Shown piece after piece: positions 23,000 to 39,521 of a stretch of DNA of 64,000 nucleotides. A program made the position numbers and the translations under genes. The number at the start of each line of letters is the position of its first letter. Position 1 is the first letter of the stretch. Source of the stretch: Macrostomum lignano (Eukaryota); assembly GCA_002269645.1 (NCBI GenBank), contig NIVC01002634.1, positions 1 to 64,000 on the forward strand. The letters run 5' to 3'. The notes beneath the pieces are model-generated. The model did no database searches and was not told where the DNA came from. It worked only from the letters and a program-made list of their open reading frames with translations.

Positions 23000-24462
23000 A
23001 TGGAGTATTCACTTACCTCCGACACGTCCGAGGCTGCTGGAGCACCAACCGAGGTTGGCACCGCGGCCCAGCCGGACATTCGCAACACCGGAACCCCCGG
23101 TGCCTCTCAATCTGCCGCTGCCGCCGCTCAGGATAATACCGGAGTGGCTGGACAAGACAGCGGACCTCAGATTTCAAAAAAGAAGGCCCGTAGCATTGCT
23201 CGCTACAAAGCCTTTCTCCAGCGCAAAGCGGAGGAACGGAGGAATGCGAAAGCCGCCCCCCGGCCACCTCTGAGGAGGGTGCCGGTAACTCTGCGAACCC
23301 CGCGGAGGAGCCGACATCCGACAAGGGGGTGGACCCCGCGCGCCGGTCTGATGCGTCAGGTGCCGCCGAAGCTCCTGGTGCGGCTGGCCCCTCCCGTGAC
23401 CGGACCTCTGCCCGTGTGGAAGCTCCCACGGCCGTGGAGGGATCCAAAGCGGGGGGCGCTGGCCAAACCACAAAGCCGAAGCGAACCTACGCGGCTATGG
23501 CCAAAAGGCAGCCGGCCCTGGTTATCCAAGGCCAGGAGACGCCTCTTACGGCCGAACAGCTCGACCTTATCTGGCGCAGGTTGGACTCCCACCTGGTCAA
23601 GATGGCCTTGAGCGGCACTACCATTCGAGTCCAAAAGACGAAAGTCGAGGACCAAGCCCTCTATATCCAGCCCACCGACAGCCAGTCAGGACAGCAGCTC
23701 CTCGAGCTGCTGAAAACCTTCGACTGGGGCACGGAGCTGGAGAACCTGTTCATCTACAGGGAGGACGAGCGACCCCGGACACACCGGCACCGTGCCTGGA
23801 TCCCGGCTCGCAGCTGCATCACCAAGGCCGACGAGCTGCGTCACCTGCTAGTGGCTTCCAACCCGGAGCTACCGGCCAACGGTGTCGTAGTTCACGAGAC
23901 CATCTCCAAGCCAGGCGGAGACGGTTTCACGGCTATTCTTGGACTGTCGGATAGCTGGATGCTCCGCTACCCGGACATGTCCATCATCTCTGTCGGGCTG
24001 TTGCAGATTCAGCTCTTTAGCTTTGAGTCTGACGCCACCCGCCCACCGCCCCCGGAGAAGCGTAAGCGGGCAGTCGGGGGCTCTGCCGGGCGGAAACGCC
24101 CAGGAAAAGAAGCTCCCGGCCGTCACGACCCCTCCGAGGACGTGGACCCTATCAGAGGGAAAGCCGCGAAAGCTGCAGCAACAGGCGGACGTGGGAAGGG
24201 CCGGAAACCCGCCCGGAACACTATCCGCTCTGGTCTGACTCAGCGCGCGAAACAGCTGCTGGACACCGCCAAGGCCCCCAACCGCAGCCACCACCAGCCC
24301 AGTGTCACCACTGCGGCCCCCCGGAAAACCGGGCCGAGAGCGAGAATGCCGCCCAGGTAGCGACCCGCCCTCGACCATGGAATCCATCCGGGAGGAGCCC
24401 ATGGAGCTGGAGCCTGGAGCTATCGGCGAGGCAGAAGAGGCAGCTCTCCTGCACAACTCGCC

Positions 24463-24466
<4 letters not shown>
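23000..24466 (+). CDS. E1 ORF1 (DUF4780-like retroelement ORF1), two apparent 1-nt frameshifts (~23265, ~24350)
   Basis: ORFs 23000-23611 and 23329-24360 join at a C-run. The central domain (PALVIQG..RAWIP..NPELP) aligns with E3 ORF1. The acidic C-terminus ending LLHNSP* parallels E3 LLSKSP*. Confidence 0.75.
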
Positions 24467-28210
<3,744 letters not shown>

Positions 28211-28787
28211 CTGCCCGTGGTCGCCAGGGGTTAGCGAAATGGGCGGCAACGCCTCCTCGCTGTTTCCGGACGCACGGAGCCCCCTGCAGCTAAGTCAAGT
28301 AAGTCAAGTAAGCAACTCTGCTTCTGGTAGTTCTGAGGGGAATTGTGCAACTGTGCTTCTGGTAGTTCTGAAAGGAATTGTGCAGCTCTGCTTCTGATAG
28401 TTCTGAGGAGTATTGTACACCTCTGCTTCTGGTAGTTCTGAGGGGAATTGTGCAACTCTGCTTCTGGTAGTTCTGAGGGGAATTGTGCAACTCTGCTTCT
28501 GGTAGTTCTGAGAGGAATTGTGCAACTTTGCTTCTGGTAGTTCTGAGGGGAATTGTGCAACTCTGCTTCTGGTAGTTCTGAGAGGAATTGTGCAACTTTG
28601 CTTCTGTTAGTTCTGAGGGGAATTGTGCAACTCTGCTTCTGGTAGTTCTGAGAGGAACTGAGCAACTCTGCTTCTGGTAGTTCTGAGGGGAATTGTGGAG
28701 CTGGGCTTCTGGTAGTTCTGAGGGGAATTGTGCAACTCTGCTTCTGGTAGTTCTGAAGAGTTCATTCGTCATTCTCTTCCTGTTCTC

Positions 28788-31680
28788 TTGACCTACTTTG
28801 ACTTAGCTGCAGGGGGCGTCCGGCGGATGCAGCGGGGAGGCGGAGGAGACCGCCCATTCCGCTAGCCCCTGGCGACCAATGACTTCCGATGAAGTGAAGT
28901 CGCTCAGGGGGACCCGTCGGTCTCGCCTGCAGCGCGGTCCTCCTCACCGACGGTGGGGAAGAAATCAGCTCGTCCGGTGTCCCTGAGGTACCGGGCGAGC
29001 AGCGGGATGCTCTCGGGCCTGCAAACGTCGGAGAGAACCGGGTTTGGCCCGAGGTGAGTAAGCCTGGCCCTGGTGAAAACCGGGCAGTGGCAGATAAAAT
29101 GCTCGGCGTTTTCACTGCCTGAGCGGCAGAAGGGGCACCGCTCCTCGGGTACTTGGCCCTGAAGGAAACGGTGGCGAGAGAAGCAGCCATGCCCGGAGAG
29201 GGCCATGCTAACTGCTCTGAGGTCTCTGCGGTTGAGCCTGAGGAGGGCTCTACGCAGGAGAGGGGAGGGGCAGGGGACGGCCGCCCGGGATTGCCTACAG
29301 TTCCGGGTGTCGTGCCACCTGCGGAGATGCTCGGAGTCAGCCCAGCGCTTAACGCGGGAGTTGATCACCGAGGCGGGGATGGGGGCTCCCGGGCCCGGCC
29401 CCAGCAGCGCGCCGGCGAAGCCAGCCTTGGCCAGCAGGTCGGCGCGCTCGTTGCCGAGGAAGCCGGCGTGGCCCGGGATCCATCTGAGCTCCACCTGGTT
29501 GCCTAGCGCAAGCCCGTTGAGCTGGGTGTTGCAGTCCAGGACGGACCTGGAGCTGGTGGTGCAGCGGCAGAGGGCCCGAAGGGCTGCTTGGCTGTCAGAG
29601 TGAAAAATAAGCTTCCGACCGCTAAGCTGCCTTCGGCGCAGTTCTGCCGCGCAGGAGCTGATGGCAAGCACCTCTCTCTGAAAAACACTGGAGTTGAGCC
29701 CCGTGTGCTGGGAGTAGCTCCACGCCACTTCTCCCTTGAAGAAGACGCACGCTCCGAAGCCTGAAAGACCATGCTTCATAGAGCCGTCAGTGTAACAGTG
29801 GACTTCAGAATCGCTCCAGCTGTCACTCGCCTCATGTCGAGGCTGAATAGTGACCTTATACCTTTGGCTCAGGAGAAGGGTGGCTGGGATCGAGTCCGAG
29901 AGGATGTTGAGCCCGCCACATTCTTCTAGAGCCTTGAGGCAGAGGTCAGAGTGCGGGATAAGCGACCGCTTCTTAAAGGCCCGCACTTTCTTGAAGGCCA
30001 CCCCAGCATCCAGAAGACGCCGGGTGCTCTTCGCCGCCTCTCCTTTGATATAAATATCCAGAGGAGGGGTGCAGAGGAAGGCATTCATGCCTTCAAAAGG
30101 AGTAGAGGGTGGAGCGCCCATAGTCATGCGGCAGGCTCTGCCCTGGATTTTGTAGAGAGCGTCGAGGTTACTCTTGACGCCCAGACCGCTAGCCCACACG
30201 AGGCTGGCGTAACTGATCGAGGGGCGGATGATTGCAGTGTAAATCCACCACAGCTTCCTGGGGGTGAGCCCCCAGGTGGTGCCCACGGCGCGCCTGATCT
30301 GAGCCAGGACAGCCAGGGCTTTTTTGGCTTTAGTTTGAATGTGCGGAGTCCAGTTGAGCCTGTGGTCCAGAGTGAGGCCCAGGCAGCGGACCTGCTTCTC
30401 CATGGAAATGTTCTTTCCATAGAGGGTGAGGGGCTTAATGGTCCAGAGCAGTTTGTTGGTAAACATGACCGCTGTGGTTTTCGACTCTGAGAGTCTAAGA
30501 CCACATTGGTTTGCCCAACGCTCCGCTCGTCCCAGAAAGCCCTGCAGAAGATCTCTGATGGTGTCAACCGAGGGGCCCGCGCAGATCGCGGTCACGTCAT
30601 CGGCATAGCCCACCTTGAGAATGGGGTCGTGGAGATCACTGCAAAGCAGCTCATCCATGACCATGTTCCAGAGAACGGGGGTGAGAACTCCGCCCTGGGG
30701 GCCCCCTTTTTGGACAGGCGCCGAAAGAGAGCTGCCGTTCAGGTGGGCCACAACAGTGCGGTTCCGGATCATGAACATGATCCACCGGACAAGGTGAGGG
30801 TGCGTGGCCCTGGATTCCAGGGCTCTGCAAAAGGCCTCGAAGATGACGTTGTCGAAGGCCCCCTCAATGTCCAGAAAAAGCGAGAGGGCAAAGCCGCTGC
30901 CAAGAACGGCCCTCTCCAGGAAGTCAACAATGACATGGAGGGCACTCTCGGTAGACCTGCCCGCGCGGAAGGCGTGCTGGTTCTGCGAGAGTGGGAAGCG
31001 CTTCAGCTCGACTGAAAGTAGGCGCCAGAGCACCAGTCTCTCGAGGAGCTTGAGGCAGAAAGAAGTGAGGCTGATAGGCCTGAAGGCCTTCACCGATTGG
31101 TAGTCGCTCTTTCCAGGCTTGGGGATAAAGACCACCCGGGCCTCTCTCCACGCAACTGGTACATAGCCCAGTTCCACACAAGCTCGGAGGAGACGACAGA
31201 GGAGGTCCAGAAAGCGGTGGTTTTTCGCCGCCTCGTGCAAGAACGCTGGGTAGATGCCGTCGGGCCCAGGCGCCTTGAACGGGTTAAAGGACCTTGCCGC
31301 TCTAATAATGCGGTCTTTGGTGATTATAGACTTTGCTAGGCCTTGCCCTCCCACTGTGTGGTCAGGCGGGCCCTGCTGAGTCGGAGATTTAGGGAAGAAA
31401 CTGTTGAGCATTAGCTCCAGAGTCTCTTCAGAGCTCCCTGTGACCGAGCCGTCAGGTCTCTTTACAACAGAGAGTTTAGAAAAACGGTCATTTGTGAGTG
31501 CCTTAACCACGCGGGCTACGGGGCGAGAGCCCTCAAGCCCTTCGCAGTATTGGCGCCACTTGGCCGTCTTGGCCCTTCTGACTTGGCCCTTAAACTCGTG
31601 GATCGCACGGGTATAGGCCTCTCTGTCAGATGGGTCTTTGGTTTTGAGCGCTCGCCTTTGGAGGGTCCTGGCTCGGCGCC
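28788..31680 (-). mobile_element. 5'-truncated LOA-like LINE (E2) with uninterrupted RT-RNase H-CCHC frame (28904-31680)
   Basis: 12-bp TSD CTTCCTGTTCTC (28776-28787 / 31681-31692). Tail TAAGTCAAAGTAGGTCAA. 868-aa ORF with YADDV, YTDGS, WIPGHAG; the frame stays open to the truncation point. Confidence 0.95.
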
Positions 31681-34513
31681 CTTCCTGTTCTCAGTCACAC
31701 TTCCTGTTCTCTGTCACTCCCTTCCTGTTCTCTGTCACTCCCTTCCTGTTCTCTTTCACTCCCTTCCTGTTCTCTGTCACTTTTTCCTGTTCTCTGTCAC
31801 TCTTTTCCTGTTCTCTGTCACTCTCTTCCTGTTCTTTGTCACTCCCTTCCTGTTCTCTGTCACTCTCTTCTTGTTCTCTGTCACTCTTCCTGTTCTCTGT
31901 CACTTTTTCCTGTTCTCTGTCACTCTTTTCCTGTTCTCTGTCACTCCCTTCCTGTTCTCTGTCACTCTCTTCCTGTTCTCTGTCACTCCCTTCCTTTTCT
32001 CTGTCACTCTCTTCATGTGCTCTGTCATTCTCTTCCTGTTCTCTGTCGCTCCCTTCCTGTTCTCTGTCACTCCCTTCCTGTTCTCACTCCCTTCCTGTTC
32101 TCTGTCACTCTCTGCCTGTTCGTTCTCTGTCACTCTTTTTCAGTTCTCTGTCACACTTCCTGTTCTCTGTCACTCTCTTCCTGTTGAATGTTACTTTCTT
32201 CCTGTTTAAAGACGGCCTTGTTTTCCTTTTTAGAATGGATTAGAAAACAGAAAGGAAGTGACAGAGAACAGGAAGAGAGTGACAAAAAACAGAAAGAGAG
32301 TGACAGACAACAGGAAGGGAGTGACAGAGAACAGGAAGAGAGTGACAGAGAACAGGAAGAGAGTGACAGAGAACAGGAAGGGAGTGACAGAGAACAGAAA
32401 GGGAGTGAAAACGTGTGTCACATCTGTCGCTAAGCAGAGATTGTCACACATGTGTCACAGTGGCAGCACTAATTTTCCTGTTTATTAACTAAGCAGACTT
32501 TTCAAAAGCAACAAAGTTGTTTTCTCTAACTAGCAGAGGTAGCCCAGCTGAGTGAGGCATTGATGGAATAAAATGGGATTTTTTGTGCCTTGCATTTGTC
32601 TGCCGAAATCCTGATTACTTTTAACGAAAGAAAAATTGTTTGGCTCTCTGCACCTGCACCTGAATAATTGCTGTTATGCTACTCCGCTTGGGATGCCTAC
32701 ACGATGGGGAGAAATCGTTGCTGCGCGTGGCGAAGGAAATAGCGACTGGTAGTTTTTGTGGAATTGTGCAACTCTGCTTCTGGTAGTTCTGAGGGGAATT
32801 GTGCAACTGTGCTTCTGGTAGTTCTGAAAGGAATTGTGCAGCTCTGCTTCTGATAGTACTGAGGAGTATTGTACACCTCTGCTTCTGGTAGTTCTGAGGG
32901 GAATGGTGCAACTCTGCTTCTGGTAGTTCTGAGGGGAATTGTGCAACTCTGCTTCTGGTAGTTCTGAGAGGAATTGTGCAACTTTGCTTCTGGTAGTTCT
33001 GAGGGGAATTGTGCAACTCTGCTTCTGGTAGTTCTGAGAGGAATTGTGCAACTTTGCTTCTGTTAGTTCTGAGGGGAATTGTGCAACTCTGCTTCTGGTA
33101 GTTCTGAGAGGAACTGAGCAACTCTGCTTCTGGTAGTTCTGAGGGGAATTGTGGAGCTGGGCTTCTGGTAGTTCTGAGGGGAATTGTGCAACTCTGCTTC
33201 TGGTAGTTCTGAAGAGTTCATTCCTCATTCTCTTCCTGTTCTCAGTCACACTTCCTGTTCTCTGTCACTCCCTTCCTGTTCTCTGTCACTCCCTTCCTGT
33301 TCTCTTTCACTCCCTTCCTGTTCTCTGTCACTTTTTCCTGTTCTCTGTCACTCTTTTCCTGTTCTCTGTCACTCTCTTCCTGTTCTTTGTCACTCCCTTC
33401 CTGTTCTCTGTCACTCTCTTCTTGTTCTCTGTCGCTCTTTCTGTTCTCTGTCACTTTTTCCTGTTCTCTGTCACTCTTTTCCTGTTCTCTGTCACTCCCT
33501 TCCTGTTCTCTGTCACTCTCTTCCTGTTCTCTGTCACTCCCTTCCTTTTCTCTGTCACTCTCTTCATGTGCTCTGTCATTCTCTTCCTGTTCTCTGTCGC
33601 TCCCTTCCTGTTCTCTGTCACTCCCTTCCTTTTCTCACTCCCTTTCTGTTCTCTGTCACTCTCTTCCTGTTCGTTCTCTGTCACTCTTTTTCAGTTCTCT
33701 GTCACACTTCCTGTTCTCTGTCACTCTCTTCCTGTTGAATGTTACTTTCTTCCTGTTTAAAGACGGCCTTGTTTTCTTTTTTAGAATGGATTAGAAAACA
33801 GAAAGGAAGTGACAGAGAACAGGAAGAGAGTGACAGAAAACAGAAATAGAGTGACAGAGAACAGAAAAAGAGTGACAGAGAACAGGAAGAGAGTGACAGA
33901 GAACAGAAAAGGAGCGACAGAGAACAGGAAGAGAGTGACAGAGAACAGGAAGGGAGTGACAGAGAACGGAAAGGGAGTGACAGAGAAAGGGAAGAGAGTG
34001 ACAGAGAACAGGAAGGGAGTGACAGAGAACAGGAAGAGAGTGACAGAGAACAGGAAGAGAGTGACAGAGAACAGGATGGGAGCGACAGAGAACAGGAGGG
34101 GAGTGACAGAGAACGGAAAGGAAGCGTCAGAGAACAGGAAAAGAGTGACAGAGAACAGGAAGAGAGTGACAGAGAACAGGAAGGGAGTGACAGAGAGCAG
34201 GAAGAGAATGACGGAGAATATGAAGAGAGTGACAGAGAACAGGGAGAGAGTGACAGAGAACAGAAAAAGAGTGACAGAGAACAGGAAGGGAGTGACAGAG
34301 AACAAGAAGAGAGTGACAGAGAACAGGAAGAGAGTGACAGAGAACAGGAAGAGAGTGACAGAGAACAGGAAGGGAGTGACAGAGAGCAGGAAGAGAATGA
34401 CGGAGAATATGAAGAGAGTGACAGAGAACAGGGAGAGAGTGACAGAGAACAGAAAGGGAGCGACAGAGAACAGGAAGGGAGTGACAGAGAACAGGAAGAG
34501 AGTGACAGAGATT

Positions 34514-35290
34514 TGCAGTTCAACGTACTAGGCGTCTCGTCAGCAGCACCTGCCGGGCTTGGTTGGTTCAGGGAGGGCTGAGTTAGCCTCTCGTAGGCTT
34601 GAGGTTGGGCTTTAGTGGGGTCTCAGTCAGACCAGTACAAGCAGATTCAGTGTACGCAAAGGGCACTTAGTTAGACACTGACGCACACGGGAGCTTAGTG
34701 GATTCTCCGCAGATAAGAAGCCTCCTTGACGGAAACAAGGGGAGAGGGGTCCTATTTATAGCCGGGAGACACCCACGCACAAGACCTCGTGACTCGTTCT
34801 ATTTTTAGAACTGACGTCACTTGGGGTCTCGGGCAGGGTCTCAGTGCGCGCAAGACCTCGTGACTCGTTCTATTTTTAGAACTGACGTCACTTGAGGTCT
34901 CCGGCCAGAGTACACGCGGCTGTGACTCAGTTGCTATTTTTAGCAACATGAGTCACTCCTCTCCTTAGAGAAGGGAGAGGTCCGAAAGCACGTGATTCTC
35001 CCGGTAAACAGGGCCAACGAGTGCAGTAAACATGTTTACTGCACTTTAAGACTCCAAGAACGCAAGATCTGTCATGTGAGCAAAACGGGACGGGAACGAA
35101 ACAGAAACAGCCTACAGCAGAGAAGCTGAGGGCTGAGAACAGAGACGCAGAAGGGCAGAACAGGCCAAGGACAGCAACAGACGGACAAGGGGGCGGGAAG
35201 CTGACCAGCGGCAGACAGCAACCCAGGGCGAGGGCGAGGGAGACTGCTGACAAAGGGGCCCGCCAAACACTAAACTAGCGGCTCACTACA
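34514..35290 (-). mobile_element. Solo-LTR-like promoter/enhancer element
   Basis: Ends TGCAGT...ACTACA (imperfect TG..CA inverted termini). TATA-like CTATAAATAG on - (34752-34761). Duplicated 43-bp enhancer-like unit. No TSD found. Confidence 0.5.
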
Positions 35291-35702
35291 CAATCCTCAC
35301 TTTGAGTTCCCTAATCCTTACTTTGAGTTCCCTAATCCTTACTTTGAGTTCCCTAATCCTCACTTTTAGTTCCCTATTCCTCACTTTGAGTTCCCCTAAT
35401 CCTCACTTTTAGTTCCCTAATCCTCACTTTGAGTTCCCTAATCCTCACTTTGAGTTCCCTAATCCTCCCTTTGAGTTCCCTAATCCTCCCTTTTAGTCCT
35501 CCTAATCCTCACTTTGAGTTCCCTTATCCCACTTTGAGTTCTCTAATCCTCAATATGAGTTTCCCAATTCTCACTTTGAGTTTTATAACACTCATTTCGA
35601 GTTTAAGAAGCTCAATTCGAATCCCTAAAGTAAATTCTAGTTAAAAATTATATTTAAGTACATCTCAGTCCCACACTTGCAGCCTCATCAATTCAGCCTC
35701 AC

Positions 35703-35863
35703 TTCAACATCCGTCTCTGCCCGACGTTCTCGGCGCCGCGGCACGGAACCCCGCCGGGTCCGGTGACCAGACGAGCCTCCAGGCCCTTCTCGGCTGCCCG
35801 GGTCTCAAACTCCACCAGCTCATCAGGACAGAGGTTTCGAAATCCCGGCATGCAGATGGCGGA
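35703..35863 (-). CDS. LIN28: Lin28 copy 2, middle exon
   Basis: Same protein as 14461-14621; 2 substitutions seen, both synonymous; splice sites intact. Confidence 0.8.
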
Positions 35864-36736
35864 CTTGATGGAGATTCAAGAGGGTTGCTGTTACATTTGG
35901 TGGAACTCAAAGATGTACCAGTGAAATAGCAACCAAAACTACTCAAGAAAACCACATAGCGACTAAACCTACTGAAAGAAACTCCATTGCAACCAAAACT
36001 ACTCAAGAAAACCACATAGCGACTAAACCTACTGAAAGAAACTCCATTGCAACCAAAACTACTCAAGAAAACCACATAGCGACTAAATCTACTGAAAGAA
36101 ACTCCATTGCAACCAAAACTACTCAAGAAAACCACATAGCGACTAAACCTACTGAAAGAAACTCCATTGCAACCAAAACTACTCAAGAAAACCACATAGC
36201 GACTAAACCTACTGAAAGAAACTCCATTGCAACCAAAACTACTCAAGAAAACCACATAGCGACTAAACCTACTGAAAGAAACTCCATTGCAACCAAAACT
36301 ACTCAAGAAAACCACATAGCGACTAAATCTACTGAAAGAAACTCCATTGCAACCAAAACTACTCAAGAAAACCACATAGCGACTAAACCTACTGAAAGAA
36401 ACTCCATTGCAACCAAACCTACTCAAAAAAACCACATAGCGACTAAACCTACTGAAAGAAACTCCATTGCAACCAAAACTACTCAAGGAAGCCCCATAGC
36501 AACCATACCTAGTCACGGCTCAAGAAAACAACAGCAATCAAACCTAATAAAAAACTACTCAAGGAAAGCCATAACAAGAAAAAACCGACTCAAGAAAACC
36601 CCATAGCAACCAAACTTTCTCAAACTTTCCCATAGCAATCAAACCTAATACAAAAAACTGAAACGCCACGACAACCAAAACTACTCAACGAAACCCCATA
36701 GCAACCGAGGGCTACTCAAGCCCCGCCGCAGCACAC

Positions 36737-36867
36737 CTGATGCACGAAAACATTCCGACCTCGGTCGTCCGGCAGGATGAAGCCGAAGCCTCGAGCGACA
36801 TCGAACCACTTGACCTTGCCCGGCCGCCTCACGGAATTAAGTATTTGCGCCGAAAGTTGAAAATCAT
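36737..36867 (-). CDS. LIN28: Lin28 copy 2, CSD exon
   Basis: Same protein as 15243-15373; 3 substitutions seen, all synonymous; splice sites intact. Confidence 0.8.
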
Positions 36868-37204
36868 CTACAAAGACGCGAGTGCACAGATCTGTGGCGA
36901 TTTCAGGCAATAATTTGGTGTAATAAAATCTGTTTTGTCGGCTACAGAGCACTTACCGAAATTCACCTTAATACTTCCGCTCTTTTGCATTGCTGCTAAC
37001 AACAGATTATAATTTAGATGCAAAAAACCCGGTTGTTTTCTTATTCTAAAAAAGAAAACCAGGCCGTCTTTTATAGGCAAGCTGCAGCGCTTAAAGACCA
37101 ATTACCTCAGAACAATTATCCAGTCGCGCTCAGAAGATAGGATTTTTCCAAACAAATTCCACACTTAATTATCAGGCTCAAGAATATTTTTTAGCAGAGC
37201 TTCA

Positions 37205-39300
37205 CCACCTTAAGAAGCACAGCTGCACAATTCCCATCAGAACTACCAGAAGCACAGCTGCACAACTCCCCTCAGAACTACCAAAAGCACAGCTGCAAAA
37301 TTCCCATCAGAACTACCAGAAGCAGAGTTGCACAACTCCCCTCAGAACTACCAGAAGCAGAGTTGCACAATTTCCCTCAGAGCTACCAGAAGCAGAGTTG
37401 CACAATTTCCCTCAGAGCTACCAGAAGCAGAGTTGCACAATACTCCTCAGAACTACCAGAAGCAGAGTTGCACAATACTCCTCAGAACTACCAGAAGCAG
37501 AGTTGCAGAATTCCCCTCAGAAATATGAAAAGCAGAGTTGCACAATTCCCCTCAGAACTACCAGAAGCAGAGTTGCACAATTTTCCTCAGAACTACCAGA
37601 AGCAGAGTTGCACAATTCTCCTCAGAACTACCAGAAGCACAGCTGCACAATTCCCCTCAGAACTACCAGAAGCAGAGCTGCACAATTCCCCTCAGAACTA
37701 CCAGAAGCAGAGTTGCACAATTCTCCTCAGAAATACCAGAAGCAGAGTTGCACAATTCTCCTCAGAACTACCAGAAGCAGAGCTGCACAATTCCCCTCAG
37801 AACTACCAGAAGCACAGCTGCACAATTCCCCTCAGAACTACCAGAAGCAGAGCTGCACAATTCCCCTCAGAACTACCAGAAGCAGAATTGCACAATTCCC
37901 CTCAGAACTACCAGAAGCAGAATTGCACAATTCCCCTCAGAACTACCAGAAGCAGAATTGCACAATTCCCCTCAGAACTACCAGAAGCAGAGTTGCACAA
38001 TTCCCCTCAGAACTACCAGAAGCACAGTTGCACAATTCCCCTCAGAACTACCAGAAGCAGAGTTGCACAATTCCACAAAAACTACCAGTCGCTATTTTCC
38101 TTCGCCACGCGCAGCAACGATTTCTCCCCATTATGTAGGCATCCCAAGCGGAGTAGCATAACAGCAATTATCGTATTCAGTGCAATTATTCAGGTGCAGG
38201 TGCGGAGAGCCAAACAATTTTTCTTTTGTCAAAAGCAATCAGGATTTCGGCAGACAAATGCAAGGCACAAAAAATCCCATTTTATTCCATCAATGCCTCA
38301 CTCAGCTGGGCTACCTCTGCTAGTTAGAGAAAATAACTTTGTTGCTTTTGCAAAGTCTGCTTAGTTAATAAACAGGAAATTTAGTGCTGCCACTGTGACA
38401 CATGTGTGACAATCTCTGCTTAGCGACAGATGTGACACACGTTTTCACTCCCTTTCTGTTCTCTGTCACTCCCTTCCTGTTCTCTGTCACTCTCTTCCTG
38501 TTCTCTGTCACTCCCTTTCTGTTCTCTGTCACTCTCCCTGTTCTCTGTCACTCCCTTCCTGTTCTCTGTCACTCTCTTCCTGTTCTCTGTCACTCCCTTC
38601 CTGTTCTCTGTCACTCTCTTCCTGTTCTCTGTCGCTCCCTTTCTGTTCTCTGTCACTCTCCCTGTTCTCTGTCACTCCCTTCCTGTTCTCCGTCATTCCC
38701 TTCCTGTTCTCTGTCACTCTCTTCCTGTTCTCTGTCACTCCCTTCCTGTTCTCTGTCACTCCCTTCCTGTTCTCTGTCACTCTCTTCCTGTTCTCTGTCA
38801 CTCCCTTCCTGTTCTCTGTCACTCTCTTCATGTTCTCTGTCATTCTCTTCCTGTTCTCTGTCACTCCCTTCCTGTTCTCTGTCGCTCCCTTCCTGTTCTC
38901 TGTCACTCCCTTCCTGTTCTCTGTCGCTCCCTTCCTGTTCTCTGTCACTCTCTTCCTGTTCTCCGTCATTCCCTTCCTGTTCTCTGTCACTCTCTTCCTG
39001 TTCTCTGTCACTCCCTTCCTGTTCTCTGTCACTCCCTTCCTGTTCTCTGTCACTCTCTTCCTGTTCTCTGTCACTCCCTTCCTGTTCTCTGTCACTCTCT
39101 TCATGTTCTCTGTCATTCTCTTCCTGTTCTCTGTCACTCCCTTCCTGTTCTCTGTCGCTCCCTTCCTGTTCTCTGTCACTCCCTTCCTGTTCTCTGTCGC
39201 TCCCTTCCTGTTCTCTGTCACTCCCTTCCTGTTCTCTGTCACTTCCTTCCTGTTCTCTGTCACTCTCTTCCTGTTCTCTGTCACTCTCTTCCTATTCTCT
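37205..39300. repeat. 35-bp array, U module and 21-bp array upstream of Lin28 copy 2
   Basis: Same order and orientation as 15720-18225. Confidence 0.95.
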
Positions 39301-39521
39301 GACTGTTTTATCCATGCTATCCCATCATGGCTGTTATATTCTATCCACCCCTTATCAATTAGTGGCATGGTTTAAGAAAATAAAAGGCGAAAGTCGCAAT
39401 AGCGAAGAAAGCAATGTTTTTCATCCAGAAACGTCTCAAAATTGGGACATTGCACCATTCAAACTGAGCTAAAGCTAATTATTCATTTTTATTGACTTAT
39501 TCAATTAGTTCATTCACTATA

